Assembly: GCA_016291995.1 (NCBI GenBank)
Contig: JAEEZV010000061.1
Span: forward strand, 1 to 39,214
Direction: 5' to 3'
Length of the DNA: 39,214 bases
Origin: Bacillales bacterium
GTDB lineage: Bacteria > Bacillota_I > Bacilli_A > RF39 > UBA660
Shown here: positions 21,057 to 28,398 of the stretch, in pieces
How positions within the stretch are numbered: the stretch's first letter is position 1
Layout: the number at the start of each line of letters is the position of its first letter
Notes under the pieces: model-generated
The model's database searches: none
The model's input: only the letters and a program-made list of their open reading frames with translations
Told to the model about the DNA's origin: nothing
Program-made: the position numbers and the translations under genes

Positions 21057-21899
21057 TCATCTCCCCTCGTGATATTCCTTATATACTTCTCCCTTAGGTA
21101 TCTTTCTTTCCTTTGCAACTCTCTTAATTGCATCCATACTAGATAAACCACTTTTAATATATCTATCGACACATTCTACAATAGGTGTATCGTCTATAAT
21201 TTTATCACTATTTGCCTCAACTACAATTACAAATTCACCCTTTACATCTATTGTCTCTAATGCTTTGCTTATTTTACCAACATAAACCATTTCATGCAAT
21301 TTAGATATCTCTCTAGATATACTGATATTTCTATCTCCAAACACTTTAAGCATTGCCTCAAGTGTTCTCAAAATTCGATGTGGTGCCTCATAAAACACTA
21401 AAGTATACTCACTATCTTTTAACATTTCAAGTTCATCATACATCTTTTTTTCTTTACTAGATAGAAAGCCATAAAATATGAAATGCTCCGCACTTATTCC
21501 TGATGCAACAAGAGCTGGTACAAATGCTGTAGCACCAGGTAAAGCAATAACATTGTATCCTTTTTCTCTTAAATATTTTACCGTTTTATATCCTGGATCA
21601 CTAATTATTGGAGTTCCCCTATCAGTAACAATTGCTACGCTTTTATTGTTTCTTAAATATTCTAGCACTTTTTCCTTAATTGTCTCTTCATTATGATCAT
21701 CCATATGAATTAACTTCTTTTTAATTTCAAAGTGATTTAACAATTGTAACGTAATTCTCGTATCCTCAGAAAAAATTACTTCAACGTTTTTAAGAATTTC
21801 AATTGCCCTAAAAGTCATGTCGCCAAGATTTCCTATTGGTGTAGGAACAACATAAACACTAGGACTATTATCATAACTTTTTTGCCACATATTATTCAC
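21057..21899 (-). CDS. rsmI: 16S rRNA (cytidine1402-2'-O)-methyltransferase
   Basis: 280 aa with the tetrapyrrole-methylase-like motif VVPTPIGNLGDMTFRAIEILKNVEVIFSEDTR. Confidence 0.9.
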   Translation of the reverse strand: MNNMWQKSYDNSPSVYVVPTPIGNLGDMTFRAIEILKNVEVIFSEDTRITLQLLNHFEIKKKLIHMDDHNEETIKEKVLEYLRNNKSVAIVTDRGTPIISDPGYKTVKYLREKGYNVIALPGATAFVPALVASGISAEHFIFYGFLSSKEKKMYDELEMLKDSEYTLVFYEAPHRILRTLEAMLKVFGDRNISISREISKLHEMVYVGKISKALETIDVKGEFVIVVEANSDKIIDDTPIVECVDRYIKSGLSSMDAIKRVAKERKIPKGEVYKEYHEGR

Positions 21900-22620
21900 C
21901 TTCTTGAAACATCTTTTTTATTTCAGGAACATATTCTCCCTTTTCATTATGAACAATTAATGGTGGTAATAACTTAAGATTACTCTTACCATTTTTTACT
22001 CCTTCAACAAGTACCATATTTGCATTTTTCCCTTCTTTAGGATATACAAAACGCATTTTCTTTGGTTCAATACCAAATTTCTGCATCATATTAATTATCT
22101 CAATTAGCCTCTCAGGTCTATGAACCATTGCAAAAGTACCACCATTTTTAAGTAGATAACTACTAATTTTAAGAATATCCTCTAACTTAATTAACACTTC
22201 GTGTCTTGCAATAGACTTACCATCATTATCATTAATTAAACTATTTTGTTGATATTTAAAATATGGTGGATTACATGTAACCACATCAAATGATTCTGCA
22301 TCATAAATTTTATTTAATTTATTTACATCTTCATTAATTAATTCTATTTGCTTATCCATATGATTTTCTTTTATTGATAATTTACCCATATCATAAATAT
22401 ATTTCTGTATTTCAACGCCAAAAATCCTAGCCTTTGTCCTAAAAGACATTAGCATAGGAACAGGTCCATTACCAGAACACAAATCAATTATCTTCTTATC
22501 CGTTAACTTTAACGTAACAAAATTAGCAAGTAATACTGAATCTAAAGAAAACAAGAAATAATCATCATCCTGATAAATAATTGTATTTGTAAAATTTAAC
22601 AATCTATTTTTTACCTTCAT
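21892..22620 (-). CDS. yabB: SAM-dependent N6-adenine methyltransferase, YabB/TrmN6-like
   Basis: 242 aa with the NPPY motif (VTCNPPYFKY) and glycine-rich SAM loop DLCSGNG. It occupies the B. subtilis yabB position. Confidence 0.75.
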   Translation of the reverse strand: MKVKNRLLNFTNTIIYQDDDYFLFSLDSVLLANFVTLKLTDKKIIDLCSGNGPVPMLMSFRTKARIFGVEIQKYIYDMGKLSIKENHMDKQIELINEDVNKLNKIYDAESFDVVTCNPPYFKYQQNSLINDNDGKSIARHEVLIKLEDILKISSYLLKNGGTFAMVHRPERLIEIINMMQKFGIEPKKMRFVYPKEGKNANMVLVEGVKNGKSNLKLLPPLIVHNEKGEYVPEIKKMFQEGE

Positions 22621-23398
22621 TACTTACTTCACACTCAACAATCTCGTTTGTTTCATTAAGTAACACTCTATATTTCTTTTTAAATACATCAACAGATATT
22701 ACCTTGCCTTCGCCATCTTTAATTTTTATTTTAGCTCCAACATCAGGTAAATCTTTCTTATATTCATTATAGTTATCATTTTCATATTTTAAACAACAAA
22801 GTAGTCTTCCACACACACCATTAATTTTTGTGGGATTTAAAGCTAAATTTTGATTTTTTGCCATATTTATAGAAACACTATCAAATTCTGTTAAAAAACT
22901 ATTACAACAAAGTTTTCTTCCACAAGGTCCTATTCCACCAATTTCTTTAGCTTTATCTCTAATTCCTACTTGTCTAAGTTCAATTCTTGTTCTAAATATT
23001 GATCCAAGATCTTTAGCAAGTTGTCTAAAATCAACCCTATCGTCTGCCAAAAACCTAAATATTAATTGCTCCCTATCAAATGTATAGCTAGCATCGATTA
23101 TTTTCATATCTAATCCATATTCTTCGATTAATTCATTACATTTTACAATTGCCTTGTCAGCATCTTTTAAATTGCTTACATATCTCTTATAGTCATTTTT
23201 AGTAGTAAGTCTAATCACTGGTTTATATTCAATTTCTGACTTAATTTCTTTTTCTGGTACTTCATATACTACTGTTCCATATTGTAATCCTTTTTCTGTT
23301 TCTACGATAACCGTAGCATTTTCATGTACATTTACATTTCCAGCATCAAAGTAATATACTTTACCATTATCACTTAATTTAACTCCAACAACTCTCAT
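22604..23398 (-). CDS. ricT: PSP1-domain protein RicT/YaaT
   Basis: The Cys cluster GPCGRKLCC...GVCGRLLCCL is typical of the PSP1/YaaT family. It lies downstream of holB. The start was set at the ATG preceded by GGAGG. Confidence 0.85.
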   Translation of the reverse strand: MRVVGVKLSDNGKVYYFDAGNVNVHENATVIVETEKGLQYGTVVYEVPEKEIKSEIEYKPVIRLTTKNDYKRYVSNLKDADKAIVKCNELIEEYGLDMKIIDASYTFDREQLIFRFLADDRVDFRQLAKDLGSIFRTRIELRQVGIRDKAKEIGGIGPCGRKLCCNSFLTEFDSVSINMAKNQNLALNPTKINGVCGRLLCCLKYENDNYNEYKKDLPDVGAKIKIKDGEGKVISVDVFKKKYRVLLNETNEIVECEVSNEGKK

Positions 23399-24272
23399 AA
23401 CTACCTCCAACATTTATAATCATACTGTCAATTATTGCTAACGTATTAACATTATATTTAATACTTTCCTTAGCTTCGAGTAAATAATTTAATTTAATTA
23501 TTAATTCTTCTTGATTATATTTTTTTGCTATCTTATCTAATTCATCATAGTATTCCTTGTTTTTAATATCCTTTTCTCCCAAACAAAGTTTAACCATATC
23601 ATAATACATATCAATCATTCTGTCAAAAAGAATTGTCAACTTTTCCCTATCCTTAACATTTATTTTATCAAATAAAATAGAATCTAAATCAAGAATAGTT
23701 TTATTTCCTTTTAAATTTATATTTTTAATTAATTCATAAGCCATATTTGATAATTCAGCATCATCATTCACAAAACTATCAGATGAAAATAATCTAATAA
23801 TTTGACATCTAGAAACAATCGTTGACAAAATATTATTTATATTATTTGTCATCAAAATTGCTACGACATCAGTTGAAGGTTCTTCCAAGAATTTCAACAT
23901 CGTATTTGCCGTCTCTACACGCATTTTATCTGCATCACGAATAATATAAAATCTCATATTACCCTCAATTGAACTCATAGAAAAATCATTTTGAAGTTCC
24001 AATATTTGTTGCTTTCTAATTATCATTCCATCCGGTTCTATAATACGAAGTTCGGGATAATTGCCACTTTCAATTCTATTAGACAAAATATTTATATCTA
24101 TTTTCTTATCATTATTAACTATTATTTCCTTAATAAAAGCTTGTACAATTTTTAGTGCTTCTGGATTATTATTTTCATCAAATAAATATGCATGACTAAT
24201 TTTACCATTTTTTATTTCGTTCATTAAAACGTCACATACTAATGGCTGTTGTTCTAAATACTCACTAAGCAT
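23379..24272 (-). CDS. holB: DNA polymerase III subunit delta'
   Basis: About 297 aa from the ATG preceded by GGGAGGTG, with the ISHAYLF motif and SRCQ sensor. The longer track ORF overlaps bofA. Confidence 0.85.
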   Translation of the reverse strand: MLSEYLEQQPLVCDVLMNEIKNGKISHAYLFDENNNPEALKIVQAFIKEIIVNNDKKIDINILSNRIESGNYPELRIIEPDGMIIRKQQILELQNDFSMSSIEGNMRFYIIRDADKMRVETANTMLKFLEEPSTDVVAILMTNNINNILSTIVSRCQIIRLFSSDSFVNDDAELSNMAYELIKNINLKGNKTILDLDSILFDKINVKDREKLTILFDRMIDMYYDMVKLCLGEKDIKNKEYYDELDKIAKKYNQEELIIKLNYLLEAKESIKYNVNTLAIIDSMIINVGGSYESCWS

Positions 24273-24283
24273 ACCGCACCTCC

Positions 24284-24472
24284 CTATATACAAACAAAAG
24301 AAAATAATATTAGCATTAAAATTGAAGGAATACCACAAATACTAACAAGAAATATTGTTATCACATTTAATGGTATTGTTACATTTAATGGTAATGCTAA
24401 TCTATTATAAGCATAAATCAGTAATACTGCTAAAATTATTTTTTTAATGACTAAAAATATTTTTTTAAACAT
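24284..24472 (-). CDS. bofA: BofA-family pro-sigma-K processing inhibitor-like membrane protein
   Basis: 62 aa with two TM segments. IPLNVITIFLVSICGIPSILMLIL resembles the BofA C-terminal motif (IPIN.iT....g.LGIPG). It lies after recR as in B. subtilis. Confidence 0.55.
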   Translation of the reverse strand: MFKKIFLVIKKIILAVLLIYAYNRLALPLNVTIPLNVITIFLVSICGIPSILMLILFSFVCI

Positions 24473-24508
24473 ACTATCACCAATAAATAATATGCTTGTC
24501 TAATAATA

Positions 24509-25102
24509 TTATGATATATCTTGCCTATCTTCAAATGCCATCTCTAATGTCATCGAATCAATATATTCAATATCTGTACCCATTGGTATACCAATTGGTA
24601 TTTTTGATACCTTAACATTATATTTTGCTAATATCTTCTTAATATATTGCATTGTTGTTTCTCCCTCAATACTAGGTTTCAAAACAACAATAACTTCTTT
24701 CACATTATTCTCTTCCACTCTTTTTTCTAAAGACTTAATATTTATATCTTCAGGATTAATTCCTTCAAGTGGTGATATTAATCCACCAAGAACATGATAT
24801 TTTCCATTATAATTACCCATTTTTTCAAACAAAACAACATCTTTAGGCTTTTCTACAACAAATATTGTTTCATTATTTCTCTTTGAATCACTACATATAT
24901 AACATTCATCCTTATCGGTAATATTATTACAAATTGGACAACGTTTAATTTTTTTAATATCTTCAATTGCCTCAGCAAATTCATCTAAACTTTCCGGTTC
25001 AAAACCCAAAACAGAAAATGCCATTCTTTCTGCCGATTTTTCTCCAATACCAGGTAATTTTTTAAATGATTCAATAATCTTTTTAATACACTCAGGATAC
25101 AT
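24509..25102 (-). CDS. recR: recombination protein RecR
   Basis: 197 aa with the HhH motif LPGIGEKSAERMAF, the Cys4 finger CPICNN...CYIC and a Toprim domain. Confidence 0.95.
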   Translation of the reverse strand: MYPECIKKIIESFKKLPGIGEKSAERMAFSVLGFEPESLDEFAEAIEDIKKIKRCPICNNITDKDECYICSDSKRNNETIFVVEKPKDVVLFEKMGNYNGKYHVLGGLISPLEGINPEDINIKSLEKRVEENNVKEVIVVLKPSIEGETTMQYIKKILAKYNVKVSKIPIGIPMGTDIEYIDSMTLEMAFEDRQDIS

Positions 25103-25103
25103 T

Positions 25104-25415
25104 CTACATCAACCCTGCTAGTCCCTGACCATATTTACCTAACTTTTTTTCCTTATCAGAAGCAATTTTCTTAACAGCCTCATTCATAGCTACCATTACC
25201 ATATCTTCAAGCATAGATACATCTTCAGAAGAAAGATCCTCTCCTTCGTTATTAATCTTAACTTCTTGTATCTCATATTTACCATTCATCTTAACAGTAA
25301 CCATTGAAGAAGTACCTTCATAAATTGTGTCTTCTAACTCCTTTTGATCTTTTTGTAATTGCATTTGCATCTTTTGTGCTTCCTGCATAAGTTTTTGCAT
25401 ATTCATATTTATCAC
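25104..25415 (-). CDS. ybaB: nucleoid-associated protein YbaB/EbfC
   Basis: 103 aa in the conserved dnaX-ybaB-recR order, with a Q/M-rich N-terminus and a C-terminal LPG-like tail. Confidence 0.9.
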   Translation of the reverse strand: MINMNMQKLMQEAQKMQMQLQKDQKELEDTIYEGTSSMVTVKMNGKYEIQEVKINNEGEDLSSEDVSMLEDMVMVAMNEAVKKIASDKEKKLGKYGQGLAGLM

Positions 25416-25420
25416 CTTTC

Positions 25421-27121
25421 CTATTTAAATTCTATTGTATCTTCACCAACTATATCAAATAGTTTATCAACAACTGTCGTTTTTTTTACTTTCTTTTCTT
25501 TTGGCTTTTCATCAGTAATTACCAAATCTTTTAAAGTATATTTAATACCCTTATTAATATTTTCAATATACTCATCACGTAATTTTTTCCATTCATCAAC
25601 AGTAATGACAGCTACATTATAATCAGCTTCAAATATCTTATCAAATAATTCCTCAACTAATTTATAATTATCATATATTTTCCCCGCAACCGCATCGTTA
25701 ACAGCAGAAAAAATAATATATCCTTCACCTGCAACTTCAATATTCGTATCAACAAGCATACCAGTTATTGATGAAAATTTTTTATCCGTCAAATAATCTC
25801 CAAGTTTACTGTATTTTTTTTGTAAATCATTTTTAATAGTCTTACTAGCAACAGCAAACGTATTATTTATAACAATTTCTTTATTCGAAGCATGATCCTC
25901 TTTTTCTTTTTTGCTTTCTAAAATTGTATCTTTAACTTCTGGTTTACTTTCAACATTCTCTTCCTTATTTGTAAAATCAAACGCCAAATCGTATTGTTCT
26001 TCTTTCTTTTCATGCTTTTCCTTTTTATTTACTACCGTTTCTTTATTATTTATTTTATACATAATTGACAAAAAATTAGAAACGACAACAACTGATTGCC
26101 TTGACACATTCTTAAGTCTATCTATCAAACTATTAACAATGTCAACAATTAAGAAAATCTCGTTAAAATCATATAAATCAGCAATTTTAGCAATATCATC
26201 TATATTTTCTTTTACTAATTTTTCATTTACATTTTTCTTATATAAAACAACATCTTTCAAATAACAAATTAGATCTTCAAAAAATTTACCATAATTTTTT
26301 CCCATCTTATCCATCATATCAAAGAATTTAACTATCTTTTCACAATTTTCTTCCTTTATATCAACAAGAAGTTCCTTAATTTCTTTTGATGAAATATTTC
26401 CACAAACCTCATATACATCATCTAAAGTAATATTTTTATTATTAAATGAACGCAATTGATCTAAGAAATTAATTGAATCTCGCATTCCACCATCGGAAAT
26501 TTTAGCAATCTCGTACAAAGCATCTTCATCAATTGCAATTTTTTCATTCTTAGATATCTCTTTTAGTTTACCAACAATCTCCTCATCAGTAAGCTTATTA
26601 AATTGAAATTTTTGACATCTCGACGTAATTGTTAATGGAATTTTATAATATTCAGTCGTAGCAAGTATAAAAATTACATGCTTTGGAGGTTCTTCAAGCG
26701 TTTTAAGTAATGCATTAAAGGCTTGTGTAGTTAACATATGAACCTCATCTATTATATATACCTTATACTTGGCACTACTTGGTACCAAATTTGCTTTTTC
26801 CCTAAGATCCCTAATTTCATCAACGCCATTATTGCTTGCTGCATCTATTTCAATTACATCATTTGAATTAAGCACATTCAAACAACTTTCACATTTATTA
26901 CATACATTTCCATCAACAGGTGAAGAACAATTTACCATCTTAGCAAATATCTTAGCCATTGTTGTTTTTCCAGTACCACGTGGACCAGAAAACAAATATG
27001 CATGTGAAATAGTTTCATTCTTAACAGAACTAGCTAATATTTGCTTAATTTCACTTTGACCAACAACCTCATTTAATTCTGTAGGACGATATTTCCTATA
27101 CAAAGCTAAATATTCCATCAA
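25421..27121 (-). CDS. dnaX: DNA polymerase III subunit tau/gamma
   Basis: 566 aa with Walker A GPRGTGKTT, the zinc module CNKCESC and SRCQ. Confidence 0.95.
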   Translation of the reverse strand: MMEYLALYRKYRPTELNEVVGQSEIKQILASSVKNETISHAYLFSGPRGTGKTTMAKIFAKMVNCSSPVDGNVCNKCESCLNVLNSNDVIEIDAASNNGVDEIRDLREKANLVPSSAKYKVYIIDEVHMLTTQAFNALLKTLEEPPKHVIFILATTEYYKIPLTITSRCQKFQFNKLTDEEIVGKLKEISKNEKIAIDEDALYEIAKISDGGMRDSINFLDQLRSFNNKNITLDDVYEVCGNISSKEIKELLVDIKEENCEKIVKFFDMMDKMGKNYGKFFEDLICYLKDVVLYKKNVNEKLVKENIDDIAKIADLYDFNEIFLIVDIVNSLIDRLKNVSRQSVVVVSNFLSIMYKINNKETVVNKKEKHEKKEEQYDLAFDFTNKEENVESKPEVKDTILESKKEKEDHASNKEIVINNTFAVASKTIKNDLQKKYSKLGDYLTDKKFSSITGMLVDTNIEVAGEGYIIFSAVNDAVAGKIYDNYKLVEELFDKIFEADYNVAVITVDEWKKLRDEYIENINKGIKYTLKDLVITDEKPKEKKVKKTTVVDKLFDIVGEDTIEFK

Positions 27122-27158
27122 ACCACCTCATAATTCATATTAATTATAACACACTTTA

Positions 27159-27590
27159 CTATTTATTTCTTTTCTTTTCAAAAAAAATTTGTAATAATTT
27201 CTTATATTTTTCGACATTTTCACTATTAGTTAACTTAACAGCATTTAAATATTTCCCAGCATCAATGCAAACATTTGTTCTATCGCACAAATAATATACT
27301 TTTTTGATCCTACTTTCAATTATAGCTCCGGCGCACATCATACATGGCATTAAAGTAACATACATTTCACAATCATCTAGTCTCCAATCACCAATATGCT
27401 TACAAGCCATCTCAATTGCATCAATTTCAGCATGCCCAATAACAGATTTAAATTTATTTCTCGTATTAAATCCTTCGCCAATAATTTTTCCATTTTGAAC
27501 CACTATAGCACCAACAGGTATATCATCATTATCGAAAGCATATTTAGACAATTCAATTATTTTATCAACATATTTATTCATAACCATCAC
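27159..27590 (-). CDS. tadA: tRNA-specific adenosine-34 deaminase
   Basis: CDA zinc motifs GHAEIDAIE and PCMMCAGAI. The start is ambiguous (GTG 27590, ATG 27587 or ATG 27581) and none has an SD. Confidence 0.9.
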   Translation of the reverse strand: MMVMNKYVDKIIELSKYAFDNDDIPVGAIVVQNGKIIGEGFNTRNKFKSVIGHAEIDAIEMACKHIGDWRLDDCEMYVTLMPCMMCAGAIIESRIKKVYYLCDRTNVCIDAGKYLNAVKLTNSENVEKYKKLLQIFFEKKRNK

Positions 27591-27726
27591 AAATTAATTA
27601 TAACACATTCGTATATCATTATGCCATATAATATTACCTTACAGTTTTTAAATTTCTGCAACATCAATAACACAGTTTTTAAATTAAATATCAACTTGTT
27701 AACAATTATCAGCAATAACATCACAT

Positions 27727-27746
27727 AATGTTTCACGTGAAACATT
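27727..27746. promoter_or_regulatory. parS: parS site 1
   Basis: AATGTTTCACGTGAAACATT. The core TGTTTCACGTGAAACA is a perfect palindromic parS. Confidence 0.85.
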
Positions 27747-27770
27747 ATTGAATCAATATATTTCCTTTTT

Positions 27771-27790
27771 GATGTTTCACGTGGAACATT
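27771..27790. promoter_or_regulatory. parS: parS site 2
   Basis: GATGTTTCACGTGGAACATT. The reverse complement of the core is TGTTCCACGTGAAACA, the B. subtilis consensus site. Confidence 0.85.
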
Positions 27791-27825
27791 GAATAAATTT
27801 AAATAATAACAAAAAAAATTAAAGC

Positions 27826-27845
27826 AATGTTCCACGTGGAACATT
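27826..27845. promoter_or_regulatory. parS: parS site 3
   Basis: AATGTTCCACGTGGAACATT. Confidence 0.85.
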
Positions 27846-27937
27846 GCCTGTATATATAATTTTTTTTGGATACTACAATATATATCTAAATTTATTAACA
27901 ACAAATAATCTAACTAATACCTTATAGTAAATGAATC

Positions 27938-27957
27938 AATGTTTCACGTGAAACATT
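27938..27957. promoter_or_regulatory. parS: parS site 4
   Basis: AATGTTTCACGTGAAACATT, inside a perfect 30-bp palindrome GAATCAATGTTTCACGTGAAACATTGATTC (27933-27962). Confidence 0.85.
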
Positions 27958-27997
27958 GATTCAAAGTTAAATCTAATAGGATACATTTATATTTTTT

Positions 27998-28017
27998 AAT
28001 GTTCCACGTGGAACATT
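27998..28017. promoter_or_regulatory. parS: parS site 5
   Basis: AATGTTCCACGTGGAACATT, inside the 32-bp palindrome T6-AATGTTCCACGTGGAACATT-A6 (27992-28023). It lies directly 3' of the SRP RNA gene. Confidence 0.85.
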
Positions 28018-28021
28018 AAAA

Positions 28022-28098
28022 AATGTGCACACAATAATAGAAAGTTAAAGCTGCTATCTTCCGATCCTGACTTGATTCCTAACATTATTGTTGCACGT
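28022..28098 (-). ncRNA. ffs: small (4.5S-type) signal recognition particle RNA
   Basis: The minus strand reads GUGCAACAAUAAUGUUAGGAAUCAAGUCAGGAUCGGAAGAUAGCAGCUUUAACUUUCUAUUAUUGUGUGCAC. AGUCAGGAUC-GGAA-GAUAGCAGC matches the domain IV consensus (E. coli GUCAGGUCC-GGAA-GGAAGCAGC). The ends form a helix of about 14 bp. The location next to tadA/dnaX matches scr in B. subtilis. The exact ends are uncertain by a few nt. Confidence 0.8.
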
Positions 28099-28102
28099 AT
28101 TA

Positions 28103-28131
28103 ATTATATTACATATTATTAAAAATTGCAA
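28103..28131 (-). promoter_or_regulatory. sigma-A promoter of the SRP RNA gene
   Basis: The minus strand has TTGCAA (28131-28126), a 17-nt spacer and TATAAT (28108-28103). The first base of the SRP helix is about 7 nt downstream. Confidence 0.6.
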
Positions 28132-28140
28132 ATAATATCC

Positions 28141-28160
28141 AATGTTCCACGTGGAACATT
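28141..28160. promoter_or_regulatory. parS: parS site 6
   Basis: AATGTTCCACGTGGAACATT, 10 bp upstream of the -35 of the SRP RNA promoter. Confidence 0.85.
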
Positions 28161-28249
28161 GTTCAAATATATTAAAAAATAAATATATATAATATAAAAA
28201 TATAAACATCTTTTATATAATTAATTCTAATAATTAAAAATTTGATGAC

Positions 28250-28269
28250 AATGTTTCACGTGAAACATT
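28250..28269. promoter_or_regulatory. parS: parS site 7
   Basis: AATGTTTCACGTGAAACATT. Confidence 0.85.
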
Positions 28270-28371
28270 GAACCATTTGTTAACATCTATCAACAGATTT
28301 TGTTAATAACATTAAAAACTGTAACAATAATAATACAGTTTTTAAATTTCTGTAATTTTATGAAGTAGTAA

Positions 28372-28398
28372 TAAAAAAAGACATTAAACAATGTCTTT
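28372..28398 (-). terminator. intrinsic terminator after gyrA
   Basis: The minus strand reads TAA-AGACATT-GTTT-AATGTCT-TTTTTTT, and the hairpin starts at the stop codon. Confidence 0.65.

Larger units (their letters stand above)
27727..28269. repeat. array of seven 20-bp parS palindromes (AATGTTYCACGTGRAACATT)
   Basis: The copies were read directly and are listed as individual features below. All lie in non-coding DNA. Confidence 0.9.

Noticed and set aside
20483-24338. Long N-terminal extensions in the track for pth (229 aa), holB (319 aa), ricT, spoVT, gyrB and the ComK-like ORF
   Set aside because: The extensions overlap the upstream gene and lack an RBS. Internal ATGs have strong GGAGG-type RBSs and restore the canonical N-termini (for example MKLIVGLGNPG for Pth).
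27396-27904. Track ORFs 27396..27728 (+, 110 aa) and 27587..27904 (-, 105 aa)
   Set aside because: One is antisense to tadA and both run through the parS palindromes. They have low-complexity I/N/F/L-rich composition, no RBS and no family resemblance. They are chance ORFs in AT-rich DNA.
27727-28269. Could the repeated 20-mers be a CRISPR array?
   Set aside because: The repeats are short perfect palindromes with irregular spacing (24-123 bp between copies). No cas genes are nearby, and the sequence matches the parS consensus exactly.
27591-28396. An rRNA or tRNA operon downstream of gyrA, like rrnO in B. subtilis
   Set aside because: The spacer is only about 800 bp and extremely AT-rich. 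I saw no tRNA-like cloverleaf or rRNA-like sequence. Only the SRP RNA hairpin is present.
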